Source of the DNA: an uncultured Bacteroidaceae bacterium
GTDB lineage: Bacteria > Bacteroidota > Bacteroidia > Bacteroidales > GCA-2748055
Assembly (NCBI GenBank): GCA_964406495.1
Contig: CAYOSB010000001.1
Span: 716 to 64,715 of the forward strand
Reading direction: 5' to 3'
DNA: 64,000 nucleotides
Shown here: positions 36,284 through 45,327 of the stretch, piece after piece
Numbering within the stretch: position 1 is the stretch's first letter
How the letters are laid out: every line of letters starts with the position of its first letter
Notes under the pieces: generated by a model
The model's input: the letters and a program-made list of their open reading frames with translations, nothing else
Told to the model about the DNA's origin: nothing
Database searches by the model: none
Translations under genes and position numbers: made by a program

Positions 36284-37210
36284 ATGAAGTATAACAAATA
36301 TATAATCGTAACACTGGTTGCAGCGATGTTCATATTCAGCAGCTGCACGCAGGATGACTACAGGCTAGGGGAACTGGTCACACCCACCAACGTGGATGTT
36401 TCCTATGTCATCGTGGGAACAGATGATGAGAATCCTTATGGTGATGGTAGCGGGGAGGTGCTTTTCACTGCATCCGCAGACAATATCATCACGTTTACCT
36501 ACGACTTCGGCGATGGTAAAAACGTTGAAGTAACCCCGGATGGCAGCGTTTCACATGTATTCAGCAAAACAGGTGTGAATACCTATTTTGTTACACTCAG
36601 TGCCGTGGGGACGGGAGGCTTAACGGCCACCAAAACGATAGCGGTCGAGGTGCTCAGCAGCTTTACAGATGATGAAGCGCTGGAATTCCTTACCGGGGGC
36701 AGCAGCAAGACCTGGTACTGGGCAGCCGATCAGCCGGCCCACGTTGGACTGGGACCCAATTTTGTGGATGGGACCAATCATACATGGCCCGCATGGTACG
36801 CAGCAGTTGCGTTTGAGAAAACCTGCATGTACGATGCTGAATTCGTATTTACAAAAGTCGGTGATGGTCTGACATTTGAGCAAACCGAAGGACCAGCCTA
36901 TGTACCGGGAACCTATGCAGGAAAAATCGGCGTCGCGGGAGATGAATGTCATGGTGAGGATGTAGCTCCCACGCTTTATGGCATCAAAAATGTTTCCTTC
37001 GGACCGGCATCTTCCATTGCGACCGAAGATGGTGACTACCGTGGTACTTCTATGAGTTTCTCTGATGGAGGCTTTATGTGCTGGTACGTTGGGAAAAGTG
37101 AATACGAGATCATTGAGATCACGGAAAACACTTTGAGTGTCAGGATTGAAGAGGATGAAACCTATGCATGGTACCACACCTTCACCACTACAAAACCGGT
37201 ACAAGAGTGA
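36284..37210 (+). CDS. PKD domain-containing lipoprotein with C-terminal domain of unknown function (probable second surface glycan-binding protein)
   Basis: Lipoprotein signal AAMFIFSSCTQDD. PKD-like segment FTYDFGDGKNVEV...YFVTLSAVG. The C-terminal roughly 190 aa have no motif I recognise. Confidence 0.7.
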   Translation: MKYNKYIIVTLVAAMFIFSSCTQDDYRLGELVTPTNVDVSYVIVGTDDENPYGDGSGEVLFTASADNIITFTYDFGDGKNVEVTPDGSVSHVFSKTGVNTYFVTLSAVGTGGLTATKTIAVEVLSSFTDDEALEFLTGGSSKTWYWAADQPAHVGLGPNFVDGTNHTWPAWYAAVAFEKTCMYDAEFVFTKVGDGLTFEQTEGPAYVPGTYAGKIGVAGDECHGEDVAPTLYGIKNVSFGPASSIATEDGDYRGTSMSFSDGGFMCWYVGKSEYEIIEITENTLSVRIEEDETYAWYHTFTTTKPVQE

Positions 37211-37248
37211 CCGCATAATGGTCCATTGAAATGGTGGTTAATATATTG

Positions 37249-37299
37249 AACAGGTCCTGCATTGCATGTCAGGATGCATCAGTGAGTGCAGGACCTGTT
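37249..37299 (+). other. Strong intra-operon hairpin (13-bp perfect stem, 25-nt loop)
   Basis: AACAGGTCCTGCA (37249-37261) pairs with TGCAGGACCTGTT (37287-37299). It is followed by TATAAAAAAA rather than a T-run. It lies between the 36284-37210 CDS and the GH16 ATG at 37315. Confidence 0.7.
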
Positions 37300-37314
37300 T
37301 ATAAAAAAACGCAG

Positions 37315-38664
37315 ATGTACGAAAAAAGAAAAAGGCAAATAGGACTGGTAGGGTCGTTGAAGAAATCCATTATGGTAACCATGATTTCAGGAATAGCCAT
37401 TGCATCGATGGTCACAGGCTGTAATCCTGAACCGGAGATCGATGCAGCATTCAGCTATTCATTTCTGAATGACAACGAAGTCAGGTTTGTGAATGAATCC
37501 ACGGGTGACTACTATTCTGCCTCCTGGGATTTTGGCAACGGGGTAACCGAAACCACAACCAATAAAAAGGAAGTCTTTGACATCTATTATCCGAATGCAG
37601 GAAACTACAATGTGGAGTTAAAGATTCTCGATTATGCGGGTAACACAGACACTGCCTCCAGGTCTGTTGCCATTGCAACTGCCGACCTGCAACTTTCCTT
37701 TAACGCTGTGGTAGACCAGGAAAAACCAAACTATGTGACCCTTACCAATACCACTGAAGGTACATACAGTTCATTTAAATGGGTATACCGCAACATGGAA
37801 GTGGAGAATGAATCCCCCCATGAAGCCTATTTCCCGAAAGCAGGAAGCTATGATGTGGAACTCCAGGTACTGAAAAACGGGAATCCCTTCAGCCTGGAAA
37901 AAACGGTGATCATCACCCAGGACGACCCCAATTATATTGAAGGCATGGAACTGGTCTGGTCGGATGAATTCGACGGAGTAACCGTCGACGGAGACAACTG
38001 GACCTTCGAAACCGGCGCCTCGGGATGGGGAAATAACGAACTCCAGCGATATACTTCCTCGGGCAATACAGAGATTGTCGATGGCAAGCTGGTGATCACA
38101 GCCCGGAAGATCAATGATGATCAGACGGTCGGTTCCTACACTTCTGCAAGACTTATTTCTAAAGGCAAAAAAGAATTCATGTACGGACGTATCGAGATCA
38201 GCGCGAAGCTGCCATCCGGCAGGGGCATCTGGCCGGCCATCTGGATGATGGGAGGAAATATATCCAGTGTCGGCTGGCCCGCCTGCGGGGAGATGGACAT
38301 CATGGAATATGTGGGATACCAGCCCAATACAATACATTCAACTGTTCATACACCCGCTGGATTTGCCGGTGAAGGTGACGGCAGCAGTAAAACACTAACC
38401 ACCTGCGAAGAAGAATTCCACATATACGGACTTATCTGGAACGAACAGGAACTGATATTTTACACTGACACCCCGGAAAATGTAACCCATGTCTATGCAC
38501 CTGCAGCCAAGACAGAGGCGAACTGGCCCTTTGACCAGACTGCCTTCTTCCTGCTGAATGTTGCCGTCGGGGGCACCTGGGGAGGTGCGCAGGGAATCGA
38601 TGATTCGATCTTCCCGCAAAGCATGGAGATCGACTATGTTCGGGTTTACCAGGAACCGAAATAG
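37315..38664 (+). CDS. Glycoside hydrolase family 16 laminarinase-type endo-beta-1,3-glucanase lipoprotein with two N-terminal PKD domains
   Basis: GH16 catalytic motif GEMDIMEYVG (E-x-D-x-x-E, nt about 38290-38307), plus ELQRYT and GRIEISAKLPSGRGIWPAIWMMG. PKD signatures WDFGNG and the module around FKWVYRN. Lipoprotein signal IASMVTGCNPE. The track start at 37231 would run through the hairpin, so I use the ATG at 37315. Confidence 0.88.
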   Translation: MYEKRKRQIGLVGSLKKSIMVTMISGIAIASMVTGCNPEPEIDAAFSYSFLNDNEVRFVNESTGDYYSASWDFGNGVTETTTNKKEVFDIYYPNAGNYNVELKILDYAGNTDTASRSVAIATADLQLSFNAVVDQEKPNYVTLTNTTEGTYSSFKWVYRNMEVENESPHEAYFPKAGSYDVELQVLKNGNPFSLEKTVIITQDDPNYIEGMELVWSDEFDGVTVDGDNWTFETGASGWGNNELQRYTSSGNTEIVDGKLVITARKINDDQTVGSYTSARLISKGKKEFMYGRIEISAKLPSGRGIWPAIWMMGGNISSVGWPACGEMDIMEYVGYQPNTIHSTVHTPAGFAGEGDGSSKTLTTCEEEFHIYGLIWNEQELIFYTDTPENVTHVYAPAAKTEANWPFDQTAFFLLNVAVGGTWGGAQGIDDSIFPQSMEIDYVRVYQEPK

Positions 38665-38874
38665 CACAGCCCCAAGATAGAATAGTTTACCGGGATCATG
38701 CCCCGAAAAAAATTTGCATCGGAAATGACCCTTGAAGGCGGTCTATTGCACATATTTTAAAAACCGCAAAGGAAACCATGATCAAGAATGTAATTACACA
38801 GGATGACAACAGCCAATCTGATGATCGGTCTCGGGAGATTACTAAAAGTGATAACCAAATAATATCCTGAAGCC

Positions 38875-40440
38875 ATGAGAAAAACCCAAAGATCCGCATT
38901 ATCGATCTCGCTTATCGTGGCACTCGGAGGATTCCTAATGGGATTTGATGCTTCTGTGATTTCGGGGGTAGTTAAATTCATTGAACCGGCGTTTGGTCTT
39001 TCGAAAATCCAGCTCGGCTGGGCCGTGAGCAGCCTCACTCTGACCTCCACACTGGCCATGATGATTGCCGGACCAGTGAGTGATAAGCTGGGAAGAAGAA
39101 CGGTTCTCAGGTATGCAGCGGTACTGTATGCCATCTCGGCAGTCGGATCAGCATTGGCTCCCAACTTTGTGATGCTCGTAATTGCCCGGATGATCGGTGG
39201 TTTTGGAGTGGGAGCCTCCCTGATCATCGCACCTGTATTCATAGCAGAAATGGCTCCCCCGGGACGTAGGGGACAGCTGGTTTCTCTGAACCAGCTTAAT
39301 ATCGTAATCGGTATTTCTGTTGCGTTTTTTACCAATTACCTGATCGTCAGACTTGGAGCCATGGACAGGGATTGGGTGGAAACACTCGGCCTTGCAAAAT
39401 ATAACTGGCGCTGGATGCTGGGGCTGGAGACCCTTCCGGCCATATTCTACTTCTTCTTTCTCTTCTTCGTACCCAGGAGTCCCAGGTGGCTCATGATGAA
39501 AGGGGAGCACGAAGAGGCCATCAAGGTTCTGCATCGCACCAACGAACCCGATGTGGCCGAAAAAGAATTCGAAAACATCCAACGGAGCCTTACCAGCGAG
39601 AAACGCGGTAAGAAAGTCCCGCTGAAGGAGCTGTTCAAGCCCGCATTAAGGCTGGTACTTATTATAGGTGTGGGGGTTGCAATATTGCAGCAGATCACTG
39701 GTATCAACTCGGTGTTTTTCTATGCACCGATGATATTCGAACAATCAGGAATCGGTACGGATGCAGCCTTCTCCCAGGCAATCCTCGTCGGACTCACCAA
39801 CCTCGTATTTACCATCGTTGCCATATACCTGATCGACAAGCTGGGGAGAAAGTTTCTCCTGGGGGTCGGCCTGGCCGGCATCACTGTGTTTATGCTGCTG
39901 CTGGCTTATGGTTTCAACTCAGCTACATATTCACTCAACTCAGCTGCCATCGCCGTGATGCCGGCTGAAATCGACAAAGCAGCACTGTACGAGATTGAGG
40001 GAGAAATATATCAGAGCGATGTGCAATATAAACAACAGCTCTCTGAAAAACTCGGCGATGCCGCTGTAACAAAATTTCAGTCCCAACTGATCGCCGGGGC
40101 CATCAATAACAATCCATGGCTTATTCTCGTAGGAATCCTGGGGTTTGTAGCCTCCTTTGCAGTTTCCATTGGCCCGGTGATGTGGGTGCTTTTTTCTGAA
40201 TTGTTCCCCAACTGGATCCGTGGCGTGGCCATCTCATTTGTCGGCTTCATCAATTCACTGGTGAGTTTCTCCGTGCAACTGGTCTTTCCCTGGGAATTGG
40301 ATACGCTGGGCACTGCGGGTACATTCATGATCTACGGATTGTTTGGTGCAGTCGGATTGATCTTTGTACTGATCCTCGTGCCCGAAACAAAAAGAAAATC
40401 GCTTGAAGAACTTGAAAAAACCCTTGTAGGTAACAATTAA
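38875..40440 (+). CDS. Sugar-porter-family MFS transporter (monosaccharide:H+ symporter type)
   Basis: 12-TM pattern with sugar-porter signatures GFDASVISG, GRR(T)VL, PESPRWL-like VPRSPRWLM, and PETKRKSLEELE near the C-terminus. Confidence 0.85.
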   Translation: MRKTQRSALSISLIVALGGFLMGFDASVISGVVKFIEPAFGLSKIQLGWAVSSLTLTSTLAMMIAGPVSDKLGRRTVLRYAAVLYAISAVGSALAPNFVMLVIARMIGGFGVGASLIIAPVFIAEMAPPGRRGQLVSLNQLNIVIGISVAFFTNYLIVRLGAMDRDWVETLGLAKYNWRWMLGLETLPAIFYFFFLFFVPRSPRWLMMKGEHEEAIKVLHRTNEPDVAEKEFENIQRSLTSEKRGKKVPLKELFKPALRLVLIIGVGVAILQQITGINSVFFYAPMIFEQSGIGTDAAFSQAILVGLTNLVFTIVAIYLIDKLGRKFLLGVGLAGITVFMLLLAYGFNSATYSLNSAAIAVMPAEIDKAALYEIEGEIYQSDVQYKQQLSEKLGDAAVTKFQSQLIAGAINNNPWLILVGILGFVASFAVSIGPVMWVLFSELFPNWIRGVAISFVGFINSLVSFSVQLVFPWELDTLGTAGTFMIYGLFGAVGLIFVLILVPETKRKSLEELEKTLVGNN

Positions 40441-40450
40441 CGCTGTGTAT

Positions 40451-41746
40451 ATGAAAAAAGATCTGCTACCTGCTTTATTTGTTATGCTGTTCCTGGCAAC
40501 ATCCTGTAAAAATGTGAACGAAAAATCGTCGAAGCAAGAAGAACCTTCGACCGTTGAGTTGCGGAATGCGGATGACAGCTTCAGACTTTTCCTGAATGAT
40601 GAACCTTTTTATGTGAAAGGTGCCGGAGTGAGCAATGGTGAAATTGAACTGCTTGCTGAACACGGAGCCAATGCCCTAAGGACCTGGAGTGTCTCTGAAG
40701 AGGTATTAGACGAAGCCCTGGAGCATGGACTCATGGTGATGATGGGAATATCGGTTGCCAAGGAAAGGCACGGATTTGATTACAATGATGAGGAAGCTGT
40801 TAATGCGCAATTTGAAAGAATCAAACAACAGGTGCTCTCCATAAAGGATCACCCTGCACTACTGGGTTGGGGAATTGGTAACGAACTGAATTTGAGATCA
40901 ACCAATTTAAAAGTTTGGGATGCTGTTGAAGAAATCGCTGCCTTCATTCATGAAGTGGACGGAAAACATCCTGTGACCACCATGCTTGCCGGAATTGGAA
41001 AAACGGAAGTGGATTATATCAGGGAGCATTGTCCCAGTATTGATTTTATTTCCATACAGCTTTACGGGGCCATCGAAGACCTGCCTGAATTGATCCTGGA
41101 AGCAGGTTACACAGGCCCCTATCTTATCACTGAATGGGGAACGACGGGACACTGGGAGGTTTCTTCCACCCAATGGAACGCACCTGTTGAAAATACCTCC
41201 ACTGAAAAAGCGCAGGAAATCAAATACCGGTACGAAAATATAATTCTCGCAGATAGTGCATCCTGCATGGGATCCTTTGTCTTCCTCTGGGGCCAGAAAC
41301 AGGAACGCACACCTACGTGGTACGGCCTGTTCACTGAAAATGGCAGGGCAACTGAGGCCGTAGACGTCATGCACTATCTCTGGAAAGGGATCTGGCCGGA
41401 AAATCGCGCACCGAAAATCCTGGAAGCTACCCTCGATAATAAAACCCGGTATGACAATATCACGCTATTGCCTGGAAAATCATACGATGTCACCTACAAT
41501 TTTAATGATCCGGATGGAGATTCCCTGGAACTCAGATTTGAGATATTGCGTGAAAGTACCGACCTGAAAGTGGGAGGCGATCGTGAAACACGGCCGGAAT
41601 CCCTGGATAAAAGAGTTTCCGACATCCACAGCAACAGCGCATCCATTGTCAGCCCGGGGGAGCCAGGTCCTTACAGGCTTTTTATTTATGGGACCGACGG
41701 ACATAACCACGCTGCAACTGTCAATATTCCATTTATGGTACAATAA
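40451..41746 (+). CDS. Clan GH-A (TIM-barrel) glycoside hydrolase lipoprotein with C-terminal Ig-like domain; family unassigned (GH158-like architecture?)
   Basis: Lipoprotein signal FVMLFLATSCKNV. Candidate acid/base motif WGIGNELN and candidate nucleophile motif YLITEWG. A C-terminal beta-rich domain of about 100 aa follows. I place the start at the ATG at 40451; the track start at 40445 is a GTG. Confidence 0.6.
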   Translation: MKKDLLPALFVMLFLATSCKNVNEKSSKQEEPSTVELRNADDSFRLFLNDEPFYVKGAGVSNGEIELLAEHGANALRTWSVSEEVLDEALEHGLMVMMGISVAKERHGFDYNDEEAVNAQFERIKQQVLSIKDHPALLGWGIGNELNLRSTNLKVWDAVEEIAAFIHEVDGKHPVTTMLAGIGKTEVDYIREHCPSIDFISIQLYGAIEDLPELILEAGYTGPYLITEWGTTGHWEVSSTQWNAPVENTSTEKAQEIKYRYENIILADSASCMGSFVFLWGQKQERTPTWYGLFTENGRATEAVDVMHYLWKGIWPENRAPKILEATLDNKTRYDNITLLPGKSYDVTYNFNDPDGDSLELRFEILRESTDLKVGGDRETRPESLDKRVSDIHSNSASIVSPGEPGPYRLFIYGTDGHNHAATVNIPFMVQ

Positions 41747-41816
41747 AGAAATGAGTTCAGAAATGGAATGCTTAGCAATGGATAATACTGATACGCTTAT
41801 TTTAAAATAAAGAGAC

Positions 41817-44800
41817 ATGTCAAAAAGGAGGATAAAATCAGGAGACAACCAACTTATTTCAGGGAAATTACAGGTTGATGGAAGCTTTGTGGAAATTGAA
41901 AACGAAAAGTTCTACAAGATCACCAACTATCATAAAATGGCTGATTTCTTTATGAGCATTGTCAGTGATGCGGATCATTTTATGTTCATTTCCAGCAATG
42001 GATCCCTTACTGCCGGAAGGAAAAACAAAAACAATGCATTGTTCCCATATTATACAGTTGATAAAATTCACGACTACAGGGACAGGACCGGCAGTAAAAC
42101 CTACCTGCTGGCAACGAAGGGAAATGACACATTCCTGTGGGAGCCCTTTACAAAAGAATCAGAACACACCTATCCGCTTGAAAGGAACATATATAAGAGT
42201 GTATATGGAAACAAACTGATCTTCGAGGAGATCAACACCCGGCTGGGACTGAGCTTCCGCTATGGATGGTACAACTGCAGCAGATATGGATTCATTAAAA
42301 AATCATGGATCAGGAACCTGGAAGACCAACCAGTTCACATCGAAGTACTCGACGGACTCAGGAATATTCTGCCCGCCGGTGCGGATTATGCATTTCAGAA
42401 TGAATACAGCAACCTGCTTGATGCATATAAAAAGAATGAGCTGGTACACAAGTCCACACTGGCCATCTATTCGCTAAGCTCTATACCGGTAGACAGGCCT
42501 GAACCCAGCGAAGCCCTGAAAGCAACCACGGTCTGGTCATCCGGCTCCACCGGAGAAACAACAATACTTCTTTCTGATCACCAGGTACAGCAGTTCATTA
42601 CAGGCGAAGGGGTCCGGGCTGAGACCGACATCAGGGCCTCCCGGGGTGCCTATTTTATCCACAACACCTTTAAGCTGTCTTCAACAGGAGAGGAAACCTG
42701 GTTTTTCGCTGCCGAGGTGAACCAGGATGGCAAAAGTGTTGCCAATCTCGCGCTTGAATTAAAGAACAATACGCAAATCGGAGATGCAGTAAATGAAGAC
42801 ATTCAAAATGGAACCACAAAGCTGAAACAGATCATTGGAACCACAGATGGTTTCCAGGTGAGCAATGAAGATCTAAGTGCAGCGCGCCATATGTCAAATG
42901 CTCTCTACAACGTAATGCGGGGAGGTGTATTTCTGAATGGATACGAGGTAGATACGAAAGATTTTATTAAATATTTGTACCAGACCAGTACCGCATTATC
43001 AAAAAAATATAATGAATGGTTATCCAACTTGCCTGGAGAAATCCAATACAGCGAGCTTGTAGGGCATGCACGCCAGCAGGATGACCCGGACCTGCTCAGG
43101 ATTGCAAAAGAATATTTTCCACTGACTTTCAGCAGAAGACACGGTGACCCCAGCAGGCCCTGGAATAATTTTTCCATTGATAACAAGCACCCTGACGGAT
43201 CACTCAAACTTCATTACGAGGGGAACTGGAGAGATATTTTTCAGAACTGGGAGGCACTGAGCCTCTCCTTCCCGGAATACCTTGAAGGCATGATCGGTAA
43301 ATTTGTCAATGCCTCCACTGCAGATGGCTACAATCCTTATCGCATTACCAGGGAAGGAATTGACTGGGAAGTGCAGGATCCCGACGACCCATGGGCATTT
43401 ATCGGGTACTGGGGCGACCATCAAATCATCTATCTCCAGAAATTCCTGGAACACATAGAGGCGTTTTATCCCGGGAGGATCGATGGCCTCCTCACAACCG
43501 ATGCGTTTGTATATGCACATGTGCCCTATGAAATTAAAACCTTCGAATCGATCGTCCGCAATCCCAAAGACACCATCGAATTCAACAGTGCACTGGATAA
43601 GAAGCTGAACCAGCTTGCAGCGGAACATGGCGCCGATGGCAAACTGCTCAGGGATCAAAAGGGATCGGTTGTTCATGCAAATTTTTCAGAAAAGATCCTT
43701 GTTACCCTGCTTGCCAAACTAAGTAACTTTATTCCGGAGGCCGGTATCTGGCTGAATACACAACGGCCTGAATGGAATGATGCCAATAATGCGCTGGTCG
43801 GAAATGGCACTTCCATGGTTACCCTTTACTATATCAGAAGATTTCTTGCTTTCTGGGCGCATCTCCTGGAAACAACAGGACACAAAGAACTCTTCATCGC
43901 AGAGGAGATCATAGTGCATTTTCAGGAGACTTTTGAAGCATTCCGAACCCACCAGGACAAGCTTGACGGAACATTTACAGATGAGGATAGGTTCACACTC
44001 ACAGCATTGCTTGGGAAGTCGGGGAGTAAATACAGACAGACCATCTACAAAAACAGTTTCGGCGGAAAAAAAACGTCACTGTCCGTAGCAGAGCTGTCTG
44101 AATTCATCACCCTTGCCCTTCGATTTGTCGACCACTCCATCCGAAATAATAAAAGAGACGATCACCTGTACCACGCTTATAACCTGGTGTCATTCAAGGA
44201 GGGAAAGATTGCCATCAGGTACCTTTATGAAATGCTGGAAGGACAGGTTGCCGTCCTGAGCGCCGGGATCCTGACCCCCGAGGAAAGCCTCACACTGATG
44301 GATGCCCTGAAATCCAGCAAGCTGTTCAGGGAAGATCAATACAGTTACATCCTATACCCCGACAGGGAGCTCACACGATTTACAGATAAGAACAATATAC
44401 CTCCGGAAAAACTCTCGGAGTCGGCTTTGCTGAAAAAATGTGTTCAGCGAAATCAAACGGACATACTCGTTGAAGACGACCAGGGGAACCTGCATTTCAA
44501 TGCTTCATTCAGAAATGGTGCATTGCTTTCAGAAGCCCTGGAAAATCTTGACAAAGCAATTTACGGGGATCTTCTTGCCCGGGAGAAGCAACTTGTCCTG
44601 GATATCTACGAAGAGATGTTCGATCACCAGTCCTTTACAGGTAGATCCGGCACATTCTACGGGTATGAAGGTCTCGGAAGCATCTACTGGCATATGGTAT
44701 CCAAATTATTGCTGGCGGTACAGGAATGCTATTTTGACGCGGTCAGAAAGCAGGCTCCTACATCTGTGATCAGCAAAATAGCAGCACATTATTACGAGAT

Positions 44801-45287
44801 CAAAGCAGGAATCGGCCTCTATAAAAAACCGGACTTGTATGGTGCATTCCCAACAGATGCCTATTCCCATACGCCGGGAAACGCAGGGGTAAAACAACCC
44901 GGGCTTACAGGCCAGGTAAAGGAGGATGTGATCTCAAGATTCGGAGAACTGGGGCTGACCATTGAACAGGGACAGATCGTTTTCAACACTACCCTATTGA
45001 ACAGGAATGAAATGCTACGTGAAGAAAAATCATTCCAGTTCCTGAACCTGAACGGGACATTTGAAAATGTTATACTCGAAAAAAACCAATTGGGATTCAC
45101 CTATTGCCAGGTACCCGTGATCTACAATGCAGCAGAAGAAGAATATGTTGTGGTGCATACTGCGCATGACGGAACGCAAAGATTTGGAGGAAACCTGATC
45201 CCGGAACATATTTCAAAATCTATATTCGGCAGGGACGCATCCATCATCCGTATCGAATTGTATTCCCCCGGACTAAAAGCAACCTAA
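41817..45287 (+). CDS. Large cytoplasmic protein with GH94-clan phosphorylase-like motifs; putative beta-1,3-glucan/laminari-oligosaccharide phosphorylase (GH149/GH161-type)
   Basis: No signal peptide; 1156 aa. The motifs GNWRDIFQNWE (about nt 43220-43250), RPEWNDANNAL (about nt 43764-43796) and GLGSIYWH (about nt 44668-44692) resemble the GH94-type FRDxxQD, DWNDxxN and GSxSW segments as I recall them. It is flanked by importers and beta-1,3-glucanases. Confidence 0.5.
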   Translation: MSKRRIKSGDNQLISGKLQVDGSFVEIENEKFYKITNYHKMADFFMSIVSDADHFMFISSNGSLTAGRKNKNNALFPYYTVDKIHDYRDRTGSKTYLLATKGNDTFLWEPFTKESEHTYPLERNIYKSVYGNKLIFEEINTRLGLSFRYGWYNCSRYGFIKKSWIRNLEDQPVHIEVLDGLRNILPAGADYAFQNEYSNLLDAYKKNELVHKSTLAIYSLSSIPVDRPEPSEALKATTVWSSGSTGETTILLSDHQVQQFITGEGVRAETDIRASRGAYFIHNTFKLSSTGEETWFFAAEVNQDGKSVANLALELKNNTQIGDAVNEDIQNGTTKLKQIIGTTDGFQVSNEDLSAARHMSNALYNVMRGGVFLNGYEVDTKDFIKYLYQTSTALSKKYNEWLSNLPGEIQYSELVGHARQQDDPDLLRIAKEYFPLTFSRRHGDPSRPWNNFSIDNKHPDGSLKLHYEGNWRDIFQNWEALSLSFPEYLEGMIGKFVNASTADGYNPYRITREGIDWEVQDPDDPWAFIGYWGDHQIIYLQKFLEHIEAFYPGRIDGLLTTDAFVYAHVPYEIKTFESIVRNPKDTIEFNSALDKKLNQLAAEHGADGKLLRDQKGSVVHANFSEKILVTLLAKLSNFIPEAGIWLNTQRPEWNDANNALVGNGTSMVTLYYIRRFLAFWAHLLETTGHKELFIAEEIIVHFQETFEAFRTHQDKLDGTFTDEDRFTLTALLGKSGSKYRQTIYKNSFGGKKTSLSVAELSEFITLALRFVDHSIRNNKRDDHLYHAYNLVSFKEGKIAIRYLYEMLEGQVAVLSAGILTPEESLTLMDALKSSKLFREDQYSYILYPDRELTRFTDKNNIPPEKLSESALLKKCVQRNQTDILVEDDQGNLHFNASFRNGALLSEALENLDKAIYGDLLAREKQLVLDIYEEMFDHQSFTGRSGTFYGYEGLGSIYWHMVSKLLLAVQECYFDAVRKQAPTSVISKIAAHYYEIKAGIGLYKKPDLYGAFPTDAYSHTPGNAGVKQPGLTGQVKEDVISRFGELGLTIEQGQIVFNTTLLNRNEMLREEKSFQFLNLNGTFENVILEKNQLGFTYCQVPVIYNAAEEEYVVVHTAHDGTQRFGGNLIPEHISKSIFGRDASIIRIELYSPGLKAT

Positions 45288-45327
45288 CCCTCTCAAAAAC
45301 AATGTTCACTAATTAACCAACACCTAC

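Noticed and set aside
37231-37314. ATG at 37231 as the GH16 start
   Set aside because: It would translate straight through the 13-bp perfect hairpin and add a Cys-rich, non-signal-like N-terminus. The ATG at 37315 gives a basic n-region followed by a lipoprotein signal.
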